Positions 49,598 to 63,879 of a stretch of DNA of 64,000 bases are shown here, one piece after another (within the stretch, counting starts at the first letter, position 1; each line of letters begins with the position of its first letter). Source of the stretch: Podarcis cretensis (lineage: Eukaryota); assembly GCA_951804945.1 (NCBI GenBank), contig OX638153.1:26350001-26414000 (forward strand), given 5' to 3'. The notes below the pieces were generated by a model. The model saw nothing but the letters and a program-made list of their open reading frames with translations. It ran no database searches and was not told the DNA's origin. Made by a program: the position numbers and the translations under genes.

Positions 49598-52500
49598 TGT
49601 GTGCCAGAAAAAGGTATGCAATATTTTGGAGAATTTAATAAAATATGAAAATGCATTATATTGAGGAAATCGTGTTGCAAAAATCTGTATATTAGGCAAA
49701 ATTGCACAGAAAATGGTTTATAGGAGAAACTCACACTAAAAGACTGATGGATTTTCATGAGGACTTAAAAAACCCCAGCAGTTTTAGTGAGGCAATTGAG
49801 ATTGTGATAAAAACAAAACAAAACAGGAAGGAAGGATTAAATGCTGTGCTTCCTCAGTGCTATTTTCCCCAAACTCCTGTACCACACACCTAGTTTGGTC
49901 CTCAGAGAGCTGACAAAGACATGGAGCAGGACGGGTAGAGAGGCAGGGGGAAAGCTCTGTGGCCTTTTGCAGCAATGAGCTCCTAAAATGAGGGAGTGCA
50001 GAGGACTTGGGCATTTTATAAGGGCCAGCAGGTCCCATATTCAAATCAGAAGGCTTGGATTCTTCTGCAATTCCACCCACAGCACAGAGCAAAAGCTAGA
50101 ATGAGGGTGGCCTACTTTGTACGTGGACCATTTAAAAAAAAAACATTTTCCTCCAGCGGCTTGTGTCTCCAATTTTACCACCAGTCGTTGCATTGCCAGC
50201 TGCTCCCCCAACCTCTGCCCTTCCCGTCAACATTGCCAATGTGTTTTTGTTTCTTTGGTGCCCTTGCATGCAGCTGGGAGCTCAGAACAGTCATTTTGAT
50301 CATCCCTCCTCAGATGTCTCTCCTAACCTCACCACCAGCTGTTTTCATCACCACTTACCATCGCTTCTCCTTGTGATCTCCTTTGCCTCGCTGTGGCGTC
50401 TTGAGGCTTCAGAGGTCACCAGTTATTTGGAGCAGAGGAGAATATAATCTCCCATAGACAATGCCAGGAACTCGTGTTGCTTTTCAGTTTAATGGTTGCT
50501 TGAAAAGCTTAGGGAGATAAAGCTGCAAAATCTCTCCAGATCAAGACCTATATTTTGAAAGGACTCCCACTTGAGAGAAACAGATATGACCATTGTCATT
50601 TTCATATTTCCAAGAGAAGATGCTGGCATAGTCCAAAGCCAGAAGTTGATTTTTATTTATTGTTTGTTTCTTAATAATATCTCCAGACTACCCTTCATTT
50701 TTAACTATCTCATGGTAGAATACAATAGGATAGCATTTCCAGATTAATGGACTGAACTGCTTCAAAGTGCAGGTAGATGTTTACATATTCAATCCTCCAT
50801 GTTAAAAACACACACACTGTAAAAGAGGATAAAAACAGCAACAGCTGGTCTGGTTTTCTGTCTGCAAGACATTTATTTAATGCAGAGAAGAGATTAAAAT
50901 CAGAATGCCCCACCTATAGCCTGAAGTGGTGCAATCTTTTCTACCACCTCATCATTCCCTCTATTTCCAGAGTTTGGAAATAAATGTAGATTCTTATGAA
51001 GCCAAAAACAGCATCAGCAATGGATTGGATGGAGGTATCAGCAAGTTTAAGTGAACTCCAAGGTTTGCAAAAGAACAAAATACTTTAGAAAATAAGGGGA
51101 GAATGTCCAAAACAACCCAGTGATAACTGAGCATGTTCATTGGCCACAGAATGAGCTGACTATTGGGGAAAGGGAGAATGGAAAACCTGGTGGGAGGAGA
51201 AATGGAATGAAGCATAATGGAGAAATTATTGCAGCTCATTATTGAGGATGCACCAGCAGTGCTACTGGTTTGGAGTGCAAAATGGCCCCCATACTTTCAG
51301 TGTTTAAAATAAATGTTTGCATGTTGCTGGTCCTCTTAGCAACAAATGTTAGAACCCATCCTTGGCTTTCCCTTGCCTTCTGTAAGTTGATGCTTAGCCA
51401 GGTGTACAAAACTTTGAGCAGTGAATTTGATGAGGGCCCGGTAATAATTAGGCATGCTTACACACACACCCACACACACCCCTCTGTAGCAATCTCAAAG
51501 CTGTTAGCCAGGGTCTCCCTGTGCAATGAGAATAGAAGGGTGAAGGGGGAGGGGATGACAACCCCTTTTGACAAATAAGATGTCCCGCTTGAAGAACAAT
51601 GTCAGGCCTTGAAATAGTTACAGGGTGGAGTTGGGGTAGCCTGCTCCTCACCATTCTGCACATTCGTGGGCATGAAAAACAAACCCCAGCATCCAGCATC
51701 CAACCCAGCTCACTTGCTGCCTCCTGGCTCAGGAAAACTGGCAAGAGAATTAACCAGAACATTCTGAAAAGTAACTAAGGAACAGAAATATCTATTTCCT
51801 TGAATTCATCAATCACAGAAACGACCGAAAATTCCATACTGAATAAATGATGCTAAATATTTGCATGGGCAAACTGACTGAAAGAAATAAATGTGAAGTG
51901 ATCTATATATTTTTCCTGAACTTAATCCAGCTAAGAAGTAGTTTTAAGGTTAAGAAAATGAGATGCGTTCGGCGGTCGTTTCTTTTTTCCTTATGGACTC
52001 CTGCTTTTTGTGAAAGTTGTTGTATTTTGGTATGTATGAGAGACATCCAGAAAATCATGAAAACCTCATCGATTGTATTTCTAGTCCCTAAAAGTTCACT
52101 TAAACAACCAACAACTTTAGGGGTTAAGTACCGTACTTCAGGTTTCCTCAGTGTTCTTAGCAAAAGAAATGATTGATTGACATGACACAACTGCATTCCG
52201 TGTCCTCTCACACTACTTCAAATTCGCTGGCTGCCATGTTACCAGGGAAATAATGGAGTCTGGGCAGGGAGAGATGTTGGGTGGCAGCAGCTATGGATTT
52301 CCCATATTGGGTTGACCAATCCTTCAATAGCAAAGGACAACCTACTGGCCCATCTAATTATTTTAATTCTCTCATTATTGTACTGTAGCTCAACGTTAGT
52401 CAATGGGGCTTCACACTATCATCTTGAGATCAACACAAGGGTCTCAGAAGTCATGGGACATGGGTGATAAAGGAAAGATGCACAACACTGGGTTTCAAAT

Positions 52501-53190
52501 CCCTAAATATCTAGTAGACTGTTTAGTTAATCTCATGCTCATTCCAGTGGAGGCTGGTCCATTGGTGCAAGTGGGGCACCATCCCTCCCACCCCAATCTG
52601 CCTTCAGTCAGTCCCAACCTGCCTTACTTAGTCCAGCCCAGGGGGCGGTGGTGGTCCCTGTCAGCTTTCTCCTCTTTAGTTGCCATTGTAGAACTCAACA
52701 GGGAGGAGGATGGGCGCAAAACCAAAATTAGTTGGCTCTTTGGCACCAGTTCCATCTGTTGGTTTCTCCGCCCCACCAGCCACATTGGGCACCATCCACG
52801 ACCGGGCTTATTCTGTCCGCTTGAAGGATCATGTGATTATTGTGATCTCTTGCTGATACAGCCTGCTTGAAAGAAACTGTGACTTCATGCTGACATCATA
52901 ATTAGTTGTGACCTCACACTGAAGCTGTCTCCCTGCAAAAGACTGGCCACTGTGATCTTCGTACTGATGCTGCCTGCTCAGATGTGAGAGCCTGGCCCTC
53001 TATTTGGCCATCAAATGTGAATTTCTGAGTATGCACAATACTCATCCTGGACAAATCATAACACTGCCAAGATTAGCTGCACTCAGGAAAATGCTGTGGC
53101 ATTGGTACATGTCTGATAGTTACCTTGTGTAAGGAAGACGCTGCGAAAAAAGCAACTCCAAAAGGCCTGTCGACTAGCATGTAGCTAGTT

Positions 53191-53385
53191 CGCATCTCCA
53201 CTCCTCCACATGCAGCTGCTGGGTGACCTTGGGCTAGTCACACTTCTCTGAAGTCTCTCAGCCTCACTCACCTCACAGAGTGTTTGTTGTGGGGGAGGAA
53301 GGGAAAGGAGATTGTTAGCCACTTTAAGACTTCTTAGGGTAGTGATAAAGCGGGATATCAAATCCAAAACTCTTCTTCTCTTCTT
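53191..53385 (+). mobile_element. 5'-truncated CORE-type squamate SINE (Squam3-like)
   Basis: ctgggtgaccttgggctagtcac core, (TTC)n tail, ctagtt duplicated at both ends. Confidence 0.7.
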
Positions 53386-54968
53386 CTAGTTGTGGAAAAC
53401 TGAACCCAAATGTTTTCCTAAACTTTACTCCTGGAATTTAACATTCTTTCTGCTAAAGTTTGCCTTTGCTTAATCATTAACACAGGATCCAGCTTCATTT
53501 TCGGAGGATTAAAGAGGACTTAACAAGAGTTGTGTGTACTGGCAATGCGGGGAACACATTTTTTAAAATAAGTGAGACATACAAAGTTGCTTATCTGTAA
53601 TTATTTGTTTATCATGACCTTCTTTCTGCAAATTGGTTTTTTGGGGTGGGGTTTCTCTGGAACTGTTTGCTTGTGCTTCTTTCCAAGCCAACCTAATATA
53701 TTACTTCCCCTAAGATATCGTGAGGCACTGAACTACATTCTTCCTTGAAATCCATATACATAACCTCCAATTCTTTTATTTCCCTTTCTGCAGTTGCAGC
53801 TCTGTATGTTTTTCTTATAAGTGAAGCCAAGTAAGTCTAGCAACCATAATATTATTTCTGTGTTTGTCACCATATGATCTATACACTAACAGCAATCTGG
53901 ACTGTCTGTTTGGACATTCAGAATGGACTGGGAAGGAGAGCCAGGGGCATCTCTACCAAAGACCGTGAATTTCTTGCTTTGCCATAATAATAATAATTAT
54001 GATGATGTCAGCTGACCCCCATCACTTTCCCGCACCCCACAACACACCTTTTCTGATGCTACTCAGTCAAGCTTGGAACTTCTCTGTTGAACATTGCAAC
54101 CACTGGGTGTTGGGCAAGTCACCTCTGCATAGACCTGCCTCACTGCTAGGCAGAGTGTGATGGCTGCCTCAAGTAATGAATGCTAGCATGCCTAGAAAGA
54201 GCTCAGATTTTCTGTAGTCGCAGCAACAACAATAGCAGTAGAAACAACATGCATGTGCCCCTTAAAACCAAATGGTAGTGTCTATTCCAGATTAAACATC
54301 TAGTTTGGAAGCGCCTTTAGATCCTTCATTTGCCCCTTTAGCACCCACAACAAAATTCTGGTTTATTTCAGCTGCTGACACATGGCAAACATTTCTGCAC
54401 ATTGAATTTTGGTCTTCTCCTTCCAATTTGTAGTCACAATATAAAGCAAAACTTAATATTGAAAATCCTATTCGGAATAAGGGAATTTCCCTTTAAAAAA
54501 GGGAAACATTGACAGCTATGGATGAGCCAAAGGGCTTTCCCTCCCCACCCCACCTTTATATGCAATGCAGGTAGTGAAAACCTATTTGCTGTCTTCATAC
54601 TTACAAATTTATAAAACAGAGTTCTGCCCATATGGAAAAGGAGAATTTATCCATCAGGCAGAAGAGTGCTTAAACTCCTTAAAATGCATTGCCCTTGAGC
54701 AGAGCCACACAAAAAAGCATTAGAGTTCCCATCTGGCATGGCTCCAATGGCCAGCAAAGTTTCTGTTTAAATTCTCATCTGCTGCTATGGCCCTTGTGAT
54801 GAGTTGTGGCTTCTGGTTTCCTGCCAGCTTCTGTCCTGCTTAGCGCTGTTTTGTCTTTCCACCCCACCATTTCTGCTTCCTTCCTGGCTATAAGGTTCGT
54901 TGTTTGCTTCCTGGGGCTGGAGTTGCCTTTGCTGTGGCTTTCCTGTATAGTCTGGAATCCTCCTAGAC

Positions 54969-55091
54969 CAGGATTTCCCAAGCTGTTTTTGGACTACAGC
55001 TCCCATCATCCCTAACCAGCTAGACCAGCAGTCAGGGTTGATGGGAAGTGTAGTCCAAAAAAAGGTGGTGACCCAAGTTTGAGAAACCCTG
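54969..55091. mobile_element. hAT MITE (related decayed copies at ~2810-2930, 27895-28030, 34400-34490)
   Basis: caggatttcccaa...ttgagaaaccctg ends; internal ggactac..tcccatca / tgatggga..gtagtcc palindrome; TSD tcctagac/ttctagac. Confidence 0.75.
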
Positions 55092-57972
55092 TTCTAGACT
55101 AGTACCAGGGCTGTCCTCACCAGAGGGAATAATGTGGTGACTTCAACAAATTGGGGGAATGTGTTTCCTCACCCCACCTGCAGCCTTCTGTGGAAGGGTG
55201 TGTCATGTGACCTCTGCTGTTCCTATAATTAGCTAGCTGCCCTCAGGTGTGATCGAAGACACTCTCCTGTTGCCAGCATTTAAGTAATATCCAGTCGCTC
55301 ATCCAGTCAGCTTTCCATATTACGTAGAAGGAGGAGGGGAGCATCATCTTGGCCTTACCCCCAGGTTTCAAAATGTCTTGGGCCTAGTCAAGTGTAAAGA
55401 TACATAAAGAGGACTCATCACAAGGCCCTTCACTAGTCTACAAGCACACCTGAAAAGACAAGAGTGAAAGCCAGTGAATTGAATTCAGCTGTCAGTTTGG
55501 TCTTCGCCTGCCTGCCTGCTCAGGATCCCCTGTTGCCTCCTCATCTTCCTTCAGCTGGGGAAGGAAGGTTAATTTTAATACCTGACAGCTGGGTGGTTGG
55601 GTCAAGTGGAAGCTAAACCACTTCTTCCTTTCTTGTGGAGTCTGGCCTCTACCAAAGGAGAGACTATTACCTGCTTTGCAGCAGACTGGAACACAGAGCA
55701 TCTTGAGGTAAGCCCGATCCATAATATGAAAGAAAGTAGTTGAGCCTCTACAAGGCACTTTGTTGATTTTCTCCAAGTGGAGGAAGAGAAAATGAAGGCT
55801 TAGTGCATTTAGCAGGGAAGGGATACGACCACCAGTTGAACCAGCGAATGGTTCTCTCTTGTCTTTTCACCGCAAGGGAAAGAACTGCAGCATGTCTTGG
55901 GGATGATGGTGTCTCTCTTCACCCCAAGCACTGGTGGTTCAAAGGAGCAGTATCTTTTATGAGGGTTGGCAGAGCAGTAGGGTTGGATGTGGAGTTCTGG
56001 CACCATTTTCTCTTAGTCCTCTAGGACCACGTGAGTCCTTGTCATTTGTGTTAATATCCATTCATTTGTGTACTTTTCTACTTCACTAAGGCAGACTAAA
56101 ATCCTTGCTTCACCCACAGACATGCCTTGGAAGGGTGAGGAGTTTGTGGAAACTGCCTTTTAACCCCTCTTTGAGCCAGTCTATGTATCCATGGTTTCCT
56201 CACATGGAATGCTCAGAATGGCCTACTTGAATGTCACCTTCCTTCCACCATGCAGGCTTTGCTACTTAGAGTAGGCCTTGTTGATGCCAAGCTCACTAAC
56301 TACAGACTGGCTTCCTGTCCTACAGCACTTTGTGAGGACAGATGCCTATATATATGGCAGATGAGCAGACTGTGATGCCAAGTATATCAACACTCCAAAT
56401 AATGGAAAGCACACCAAAGGCAAACACCGGGATGCCATATTTCTTTTTTTCTTCTTGCAGGAGGATGGTGGCCATTTTGGGTGTTGTGATCTTGTGCAAT
56501 TTTGTGCTGTGATTCCCCTCCCCCCCCCAAATGTGGGTTTCCCCCCAAGAATGATGCCCAAATAATGCATTTGGGGGGGCTGTGCAACCCCAAAACAGTG
56601 CTTTCTTAAAGGAAATAACAGCATGAAATTGTGTGAGAAAAAACAGGATGTTCTAGTTTTTCCAGGACACTTGCAGGGTATGGAAAAGGCAGGCTTAGCT
56701 TATCAACAATTTGCCCCTTAACTCATCTAGCATGGTCATCTTGGACCCATTGCTGTTCCAAGGATGTACCAAATTGTGTGGGAGCCTTTTCTTCCTTCTC
56801 CTAAACCTTAGCCCGCCACCCCTTCCTTCAGGGCTGGGCCAGGCTACTTGGCTCACTTTTTCTCATTTTTAACAATTCAGAGGAAGCCTCAAATCAGTTT
56901 GCTGAGGCTGGCCCACCTAGGATGGTCTATCCATCAGTGTTGGGCTGTTTCCCAAGCCAAGACAGTGGGCTCCTAAACAGTATTTGTAAAGGGCGGGAAT
57001 GAGAATTGGAGACAGGAATCAGTGCTAACAGTGGAGGGTGGGGGGCAGAAGACTATTGGGCAACGTCGTAGTGGGAGGTAACAGCCTACCACCCTCATTT
57101 TGGAAGGAAATGCTCTTCTGTTTGCTTCACTCGTTCTTTGGTATATGGCTGCAGTGGTATTTTTAATTGCTGTGTTTTCCTGACATTTATTTTCTGGTCT
57201 TGCCATCACGTCTGTTTTGCTCAGCTCTCTGTGTGGGTTCCTAACATTGGATGCAGTTCCAGTGTTGGACTGCCAGCATTTAAATGCAGAATCAAACAGA
57301 GATACAAATGCAGTTTTACCAAGTCATAACTCCTGAAGGCATAAAGCTTTATGATGGTTAACCAAGCACTTGACTGTGGGAGTGGTTTTACCCTTCAGTA
57401 TTTCCCAAGTGCCTAGATGAATTTCTTTATAAGTGTCCATTTGAAAATACAGGATTACTTTAAAAGCTACTTTCTAAATTCTCGATCTGCTTTCTGTCAG
57501 CCATAGCCATTTGCAAGGCTTTGGGAGGAGAATATTTTGTATTATCTTTGGCCCTGCGGACCTTTGCGGAAGATTCTGTGTATAAGCAAATGTTTCAGTT
57601 CAATGTGGTGAAGAGTGTGTGCATGAAACAAGGATGTGGGAGCTGCTGATGGCTTTTTGAAATAAGAAATAAAAAATCCTATGATTGGCAGAATACTCAC
57701 AACAGGCCAATGAGGATTGGCAATTTAGAACAGAAATGGACACAGGGTAGATCTGGGTCTACTGATAGATCTCTAGGTGATTTGCAGCAGATTGAGAAGG
57801 ATTTCTGGCTCCTAATTGTTTAACAAAATCTCTCTCTCACACACACACACACATGATACTGATGAAATGAAGAAAACACAGTAACCAGGAGTGGATTTTT
57901 ATGTGGAAGGGCCAGGAAATTATTTTAAGTGTAACTGTTTTGCATCTGCCCCGGTTGATGGAAATTGAGGCG

Positions 57973-58011
<39 letters not shown>
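57973..58011. repeat. (ATA)13 microsatellite
   Basis: Read directly. Confidence 0.93.
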
Positions 58012-58441
58012 GGATCCTGCAAGCATGAAGTCTGCCCACCATGTTGTAGAAGGACTTGTGGTGTACATGCTAACCCCTGACTTGGAGAACTTGCAGTTGT
58101 TCTCTACTGCAGAACCCACGCTACGGAAATTCCTTCCCAGAGAGGTTTGACTCCCCCAGCCTGAAAGCTTCTAAAACCCCTAAATCTCGCTGAGATTTTA
58201 GTGTGGGCGAAAGTTCTGCCTCCTTGTTGTTATACTGAATTGCCTTATCCTACCCTTTGATTTTAATGTATGACTTCGATTTTAGTCAGCTTGGCATTGT
58301 GTTTGTTACACGTTTTATCATTTTGTTGTGTTAGAGAGAGTTTATAAAGAAAAGGGGTGCACATATTTTGAAATACATAAGCAATGCTGAGAGGTTTGGG
58401 GGTATCAGTGTCTTTGTTTCAAATCAGACCAGACTCAATTA

Positions 58442-58648
58442 CAGTGGTACCTCGGGTTACATACGTTTCAGGTTACAGAAATATTCAGGTTAAGAACTTT
58501 GCTTCAGGATGAGAACAGAAATCATGCAGAGGTGGTGCAACGGCAGTGGGAGGCCCCATTAGCTAAAGTGGTGCTTCAGGTTAAGAACAATTTCAAGTTA
58601 AGAACAGACCTCCAGAACAAATTAAGTTCTTAACCCGAGGTACCACTG
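58442..58648. mobile_element. Tc1/mariner MITE, copy 3 (internal deletion)
   Basis: Same TIRs as the 32.9 and 39.6 kb copies; TA TSD. Confidence 0.9.
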
Positions 58649-58727
58649 TATTTCCATTGAAAAGGATAAGGTTTTTAGACCTGCTTGAAAAGAGAGAGAT
58701 GGCATTGACATTCCCTAAGAGCACCAT

Positions 58728-58729
58728 TT

Positions 58730-58789
<60 letters not shown>

Positions 58790-58790
58790 T
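58728..58790. repeat. (TTTC)n microsatellite
   Basis: Read directly. Confidence 0.95.
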
Positions 58791-60131
58791 TTCATTCATT
58801 TATATTTGTATACCAACCTTCATCCAGAGATCACGGGGCATAAAAATACAAAATGAAACAATTATATACCATTGGTCTTCCTGACTGCTGCTCTGCCAGT
58901 TCCAGTCACCACTGACTATAATTCTGCCATGCTATTACATTGTAAAGCACTATGCAAAGTGGCGACATCAATAATATCTATCATGTATCTGAATCCTTTA
59001 TTTCCAGCTGCCCTAAAAAACACACCACAAGTTTATCTGAAATGCTTACCAGTATCTTTCTATGTGGCTACCTACCTCTCCTATCATTCTATTTATTTTA
59101 CTGCGAGAGGAGGCCCCGAAAAATGCATATTTCCTGGTGCCATCCTTGAGGGTTTGGGACCGTTTAGTGTGTGCGTGTTTTTCTTTTTAAAAGAATTCTT
59201 TCGAAGTTTTGGGTAAGCTAAATCAATTGTGAGACTCCTCAGTTATTTATTATTGCTGCTGGCACGGTTTGAAACTATTTGAAATGGAGCCACATTTGGC
59301 TTCTTCTTCTTTTGCTCTGTGAGGAACGGAGAAGGGGAAAGGGGTGAGCCTTTGCCAAATGGAAGAGGATAAAACCAGAGTAATGATATGTTGCAATATA
59401 TTGCAAAAAAGGGGGGCTGGATCCTTCTACAGAAAATTGCATCTCTTAAGAGCATCCTTCCCCTTGAACTTGTTCCAGTGTAGATTTACTTTTGTTCATC
59501 TTTCTGACTTTGCTAAGAAGAGCCATACTTTGACTTGCATGCTGGAGCTTCCTGGAGCTAGAGAACAAGCAAAAATCAAAATTACACTATGAACAAACCC
59601 AAACAAGGCTGGCTCTAGGGACACTGAATCAATGCAACTAGGTGTGTAATCAGGGCTATTTGGTTTCCAGAGTCCTTTTTGCATACCTTTCCATGAGAAA
59701 TCTCTAGCAGAGCCCTGTTGTGTTAGCTGTACATGCAAAAAGTAGGTGGCAAGCCAGAAAATAATGTTTTACCTCTCCCAACATGGTGTCCTGGCTCTCT
59801 GTTAATCCTACGTGGTGCCAAAGTGATAACTCATGTCCCCCAAGGTGTCCTGACAGCCTCACCAAACAGAAAGGGGGAACCAGGCTAGTACACAAGGGAT
59901 CCTAGAAGGAAGCCACAATAGTTCTTTGCTGAATATCCGTTTCCTGCGAATCTCACTTCTTGGTTTGCATAAAGGAGGGGGCTGTGTTTCACAGTTCTGC
60001 TGATGCTCAAAAAAAATTGGGGAGTGTCTGTGAAAAGACTCTTTGGTGTGTGTTTTCATGTTGCAAGCTACCTTGAGCATGGTTTTAACCATGGAAAGGT
60101 GGCTTGCAAATAAAAGGATGTATGGATTTAC

Positions 60132-60772
60132 CAGTGTTAGAAACTGAGATATGAAAGCTAGGAGCTAAATGTCACCTTAAGCCATAACTGTCAAGTGTCC
60201 CTTATTTGGCGGGACAGTCCCTTATCCCAGCGCCATGTCCCGGTGCTGTCCCTTATTGATGAGGCTTCATTTGGCTGCTGGCTGGGCTTTCTGCCTTTGG
60301 CTCAGAGGGGCTCAGAAGTTGAACATACCTGTGCCCGGAAAATCCCTTATTTTGGCTGCTGATCCCTTATTTTCGAGGCTGCTGGTCCCTTATTTTCAAA
60401 TCTGTAAGTTTACAGCTTTGCCTTAAGCCTAGGTTATGGGTACAATAACAGAATATCTAGGTGGACTTTTTTATAACAAGAAAACAAAGCTGAAAATGAA
60501 TGAACTGCAGCTAAAATCTTACGTTCATTTTTCACATGGCCTAGTCCTTCCCCTGCCCACCCACCCCCTAATATTCTTAAGAGGGTCTCTTCTCCAGGCT
60601 TCAGAGAGTAGTTGGAAGTGGGGCGGCAGAAAAAGGTCCTCCTTTCCTTCCACTCTTCAGTTTTAATCTGAAATCTTAGGCGCAGTACTGTACCCAGAGC
60701 TCAGAAGCAGCTCGCACTAATGAAATTCCCTGTCACAAAATGCTTCTGCAACAATGGGAGTTTCGAACACTG
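60132..60772 (+). mobile_element. Non-autonomous hAT element, copy 2
   Basis: TIR cagtgttagaaact...agtttcgaacactg; degenerate 8-bp TSD ggatttac/gtatgtac; collinear with 9964-10619. Confidence 0.85.
60183..60420. mobile_element. Nested hAT MITE with internal tcccttattt repeats
   Basis: Perfect 8-bp TSD ccttaagc (60175-60182 / 60421-60428); imperfect TIR cataactgtcaa / tttacagctttg. Confidence 0.85.
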
Positions 60773-63700
60773 GTATGTACATGTCAACAGCAATTATCTA
60801 CTAGGTGCTCTTGAGTCTCATTTTTTGTTTGCTCCCCATTAGGGGATTGTGTGTGTGATAGAGGGGCTGTTATCTCTGGGACAGAGTTTGTGGTTTCCTA
60901 GAGAAACAGGTGACCTGGGAGTGACTCCAAGATGGATATGTGGCTGGAGCACATTGGGATTCCTTGCTTGGGTTGAGAGAGGGGGATACAAGCTAAGGGT
61001 CTCCATGATGTAAACAAGCCCTCAAAAGTTCTAAATTTCTAAGGGCTCAGCTGAATCAGGTCTTATGTCAGCAATCCTGGGTTTTTCCATGGCCAAAGCC
61101 TACTCTTTTATTTCTCTTGGATGCAGACGCCGTTCCTTTGTTATGCTCATGTTATTTCATATTTATACAATTAAAATGTGACTTTTTCAGTACATCGTTT
61201 GCTTCCTGTTTGAAGTTTCACCACCACATCCTTGCACTCCCCAAGCCCCCGCGCTCCGCTTTCTCCAAAAATAACAATAAAACCTGAAAAGGTCTTTTAT
61301 GCCTCCTACAACAAAATGGATGTCTACTGTAGCTGTGCTTTTTCCTCCTCTGGTGCCTGGCAATGTGCCTTTCTTCCAACCTCATATTGACTCTGCGAAG
61401 ACTGAGCTTTGGCTCATCACTTAGATAAAGGCACATCCCTCCCCCCCAAAAAATGCAGCGATCAGTGCAATTTCCACTTGGGGGGTAGGCTCAGCAATTT
61501 CTGCTTCTGGTGTAAAACGCTAGTTTCACTTTCCCTAAATTCTAAAATGCCCACCCCTAGGTTTGTTGGTTTATTTCTTTCGTGATACTATGGGTGGGGA
61601 ATTCATCAAGTTTGCATCTGAATGCAAAACTACCTAATTGACAAGTCTGCAAAACAAAATGCTGCTAGCCTTCATGCTTCTCACTTCTCTGAATTTTACA
61701 ACACAGCTCTCCATTTTTTTAAAAAATGAATGTTAAATGAGTAGATAAGGAGGTGGTTGTCGCAAAAATTAATATACCAGAGAAAGGTGTCAGTTAAAAA
61801 TCAGTTAAAACTGTAAAATGAATCATTGTATTAAAGGAAATTCCTTGCAAAAAAAAATGCATATATTTGACTAAAATGCATATGAAAATGTGTATTTAAG
61901 GAGAAATAGAACTAAATAATATTTATTTTTCTTGGACTTGTCAAGCAACTGGCAAGCCACAATGTAAAGTGGTGTCAGGCATTTTGGCTTGGTGGGTCGC
62001 AAGCTGGAAAGTCCTCATTTAGGGGCTGGTCCACAGATGAAAATATTCAACATGCAGCTGTGGACCAGACCCTCCTGTTAGAAATTTGCAGTTTGTGACC
62101 TCTCACACCAAAATGCCAAATGCTTGTCACCACCATGCATTGTGGTCTGCCAACTGCTTAACCCCCACACCACTTCCTGGTGTCCCCCCCCCCCATCAAT
62201 ACCATTATTACAGAAGGCCTTGTAAACTATCAACAGTGGGTGGGTAGGTGCATATGTTTCAATGTATGGAAATAGTGGTCAGCTTGGAAGGTCACATTGT
62301 GCAGGTGTTGCAAATCCAACAATTTCTGAAGAGCACTATGTTGGCTACTTCTGGTCTGGGTGACAGGATTCGAGAGGAGCCAGAATAGTATTAAGTGCAG
62401 AAGGGATTGTAATAGCATTTCAGTGTGGGGAATTAAATTTCCTCCTTTTGAGAAATGCATGTTGTTATTTGGAATATGCTGTGCTGCTAAGCTAAATTCA
62501 CCAGGCATCCCTTTATCATTGAGATGTGGTTTAAATTCATTTGACTTCCTCTTTCCCCCAATAGATTACACTGCACAAAATGTTCAACTCTTTCAAAGCA
62601 TTCCTTTTTGATGGAGGAAGTTTGCAAAACAAACAGTTAGGGATTAGCTATCAATTCTAGTCAAGCTGACATCCGAAATAATTGGGAGGTCAAGCAAATG
62701 TGCTTCTATTTCTACGCTTTCCAGAAAGGAAATGGAACAACAGCAACAAAATGTGTAGGCTGGAAAGCAGCTTAGAAATTCTGCAAAATCACTTATGACA
62801 TTTTCAAGGTCTCCACTACATCTCTCTTTGCTGTATAACTTCCTGGGATATCTATTTCAAAATAACCAAGGGCGGCAAGTGAAGAATAGAAAACAAAGCA
62901 ACTGCATTGATAGCTAGATACGGATAAAATGCACAGTACATGATGTGTGGTTCTTGAGGAACGGAATATTGAACCGTAAGTAAGAAGGCTTCCATTTGTA
63001 TACTCACCAAGAATTTTAAAAACATCTGTGAAATGTGCCTTTCTGCCCAAATACCATAGCTATTCTTATGCCAACCATCATCTTAGGGATTTATGTGATC
63101 ATAATAACTCATTTGTTTGAAGAGAGACTTCAGTTCCACCTAAACAGTATTGTAAAATGCAGCCCTAGCAACCACTCTTCAGAATGGCCTGTGGCAAGTA
63201 ATTTACCTCCAACAAACCAGAGAGCGAAGCTTTCATGATGTGAAAGAGACAGAGCCGGCCCTGCCACTAGGCAGACTGAGGCAGCTGACCCAGGTGGCCA
63301 ATGATGAAGGCAGGTGAAGAGTGGTGATGTGCTGGTGGACAAAGTTGTGCGTGCCATGCAGCGCGCACACTAGAACACACACATCAGAACACACCAACTC
63401 TTCTCTGTCTTGTGTATCCTTGCACATATCTGCATTATGAAATTGGATAAATTGATTCTTGCAATTGCTACAATACCTCTGTATACCAGCAGATGGCAAG
63501 CTTGCATCATATTCAGGATGTGACAAAACCTAACCTCTGGTCAGCCTGCCTGTTCAGTGAGGCCCATTAAAGCCCTTTAGGATGACTCAGATTTCTAATG
63601 TATCTATCTATTGCATTTTTGAGAGAGATATCATGGGCTCCTTGCAAAGCATATCTGAAATGTCTGAGATACTTCGCTGGAAGGTATTTTTCCCCTCTTC

Positions 63701-63879
63701 AGCATCTCTTTTTTTTTTTTTTAAAAAAAAGGGACTGCAACCTCTTGAAAGCTGCTTCTTCCCTTGGGTTTGCCAAAGCACCAGGAAAAGCTGTTTCCCT
63801 TTTCGGCAATACTACATGCAGCTTTTGGGGACTGAATACGCCACTACAGTTGATTGACAGATTTGCAAAGGTCACTTTA

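Noticed and set aside
52403-52870. 155-aa ORF and other 100-150 aa intergenic or intronic ORFs (17543-17989, 49996-50376, 58872-59216)
   Set aside because: No recognisable domains, random-like composition, some overlap decayed repeats; expected by chance in six frames.
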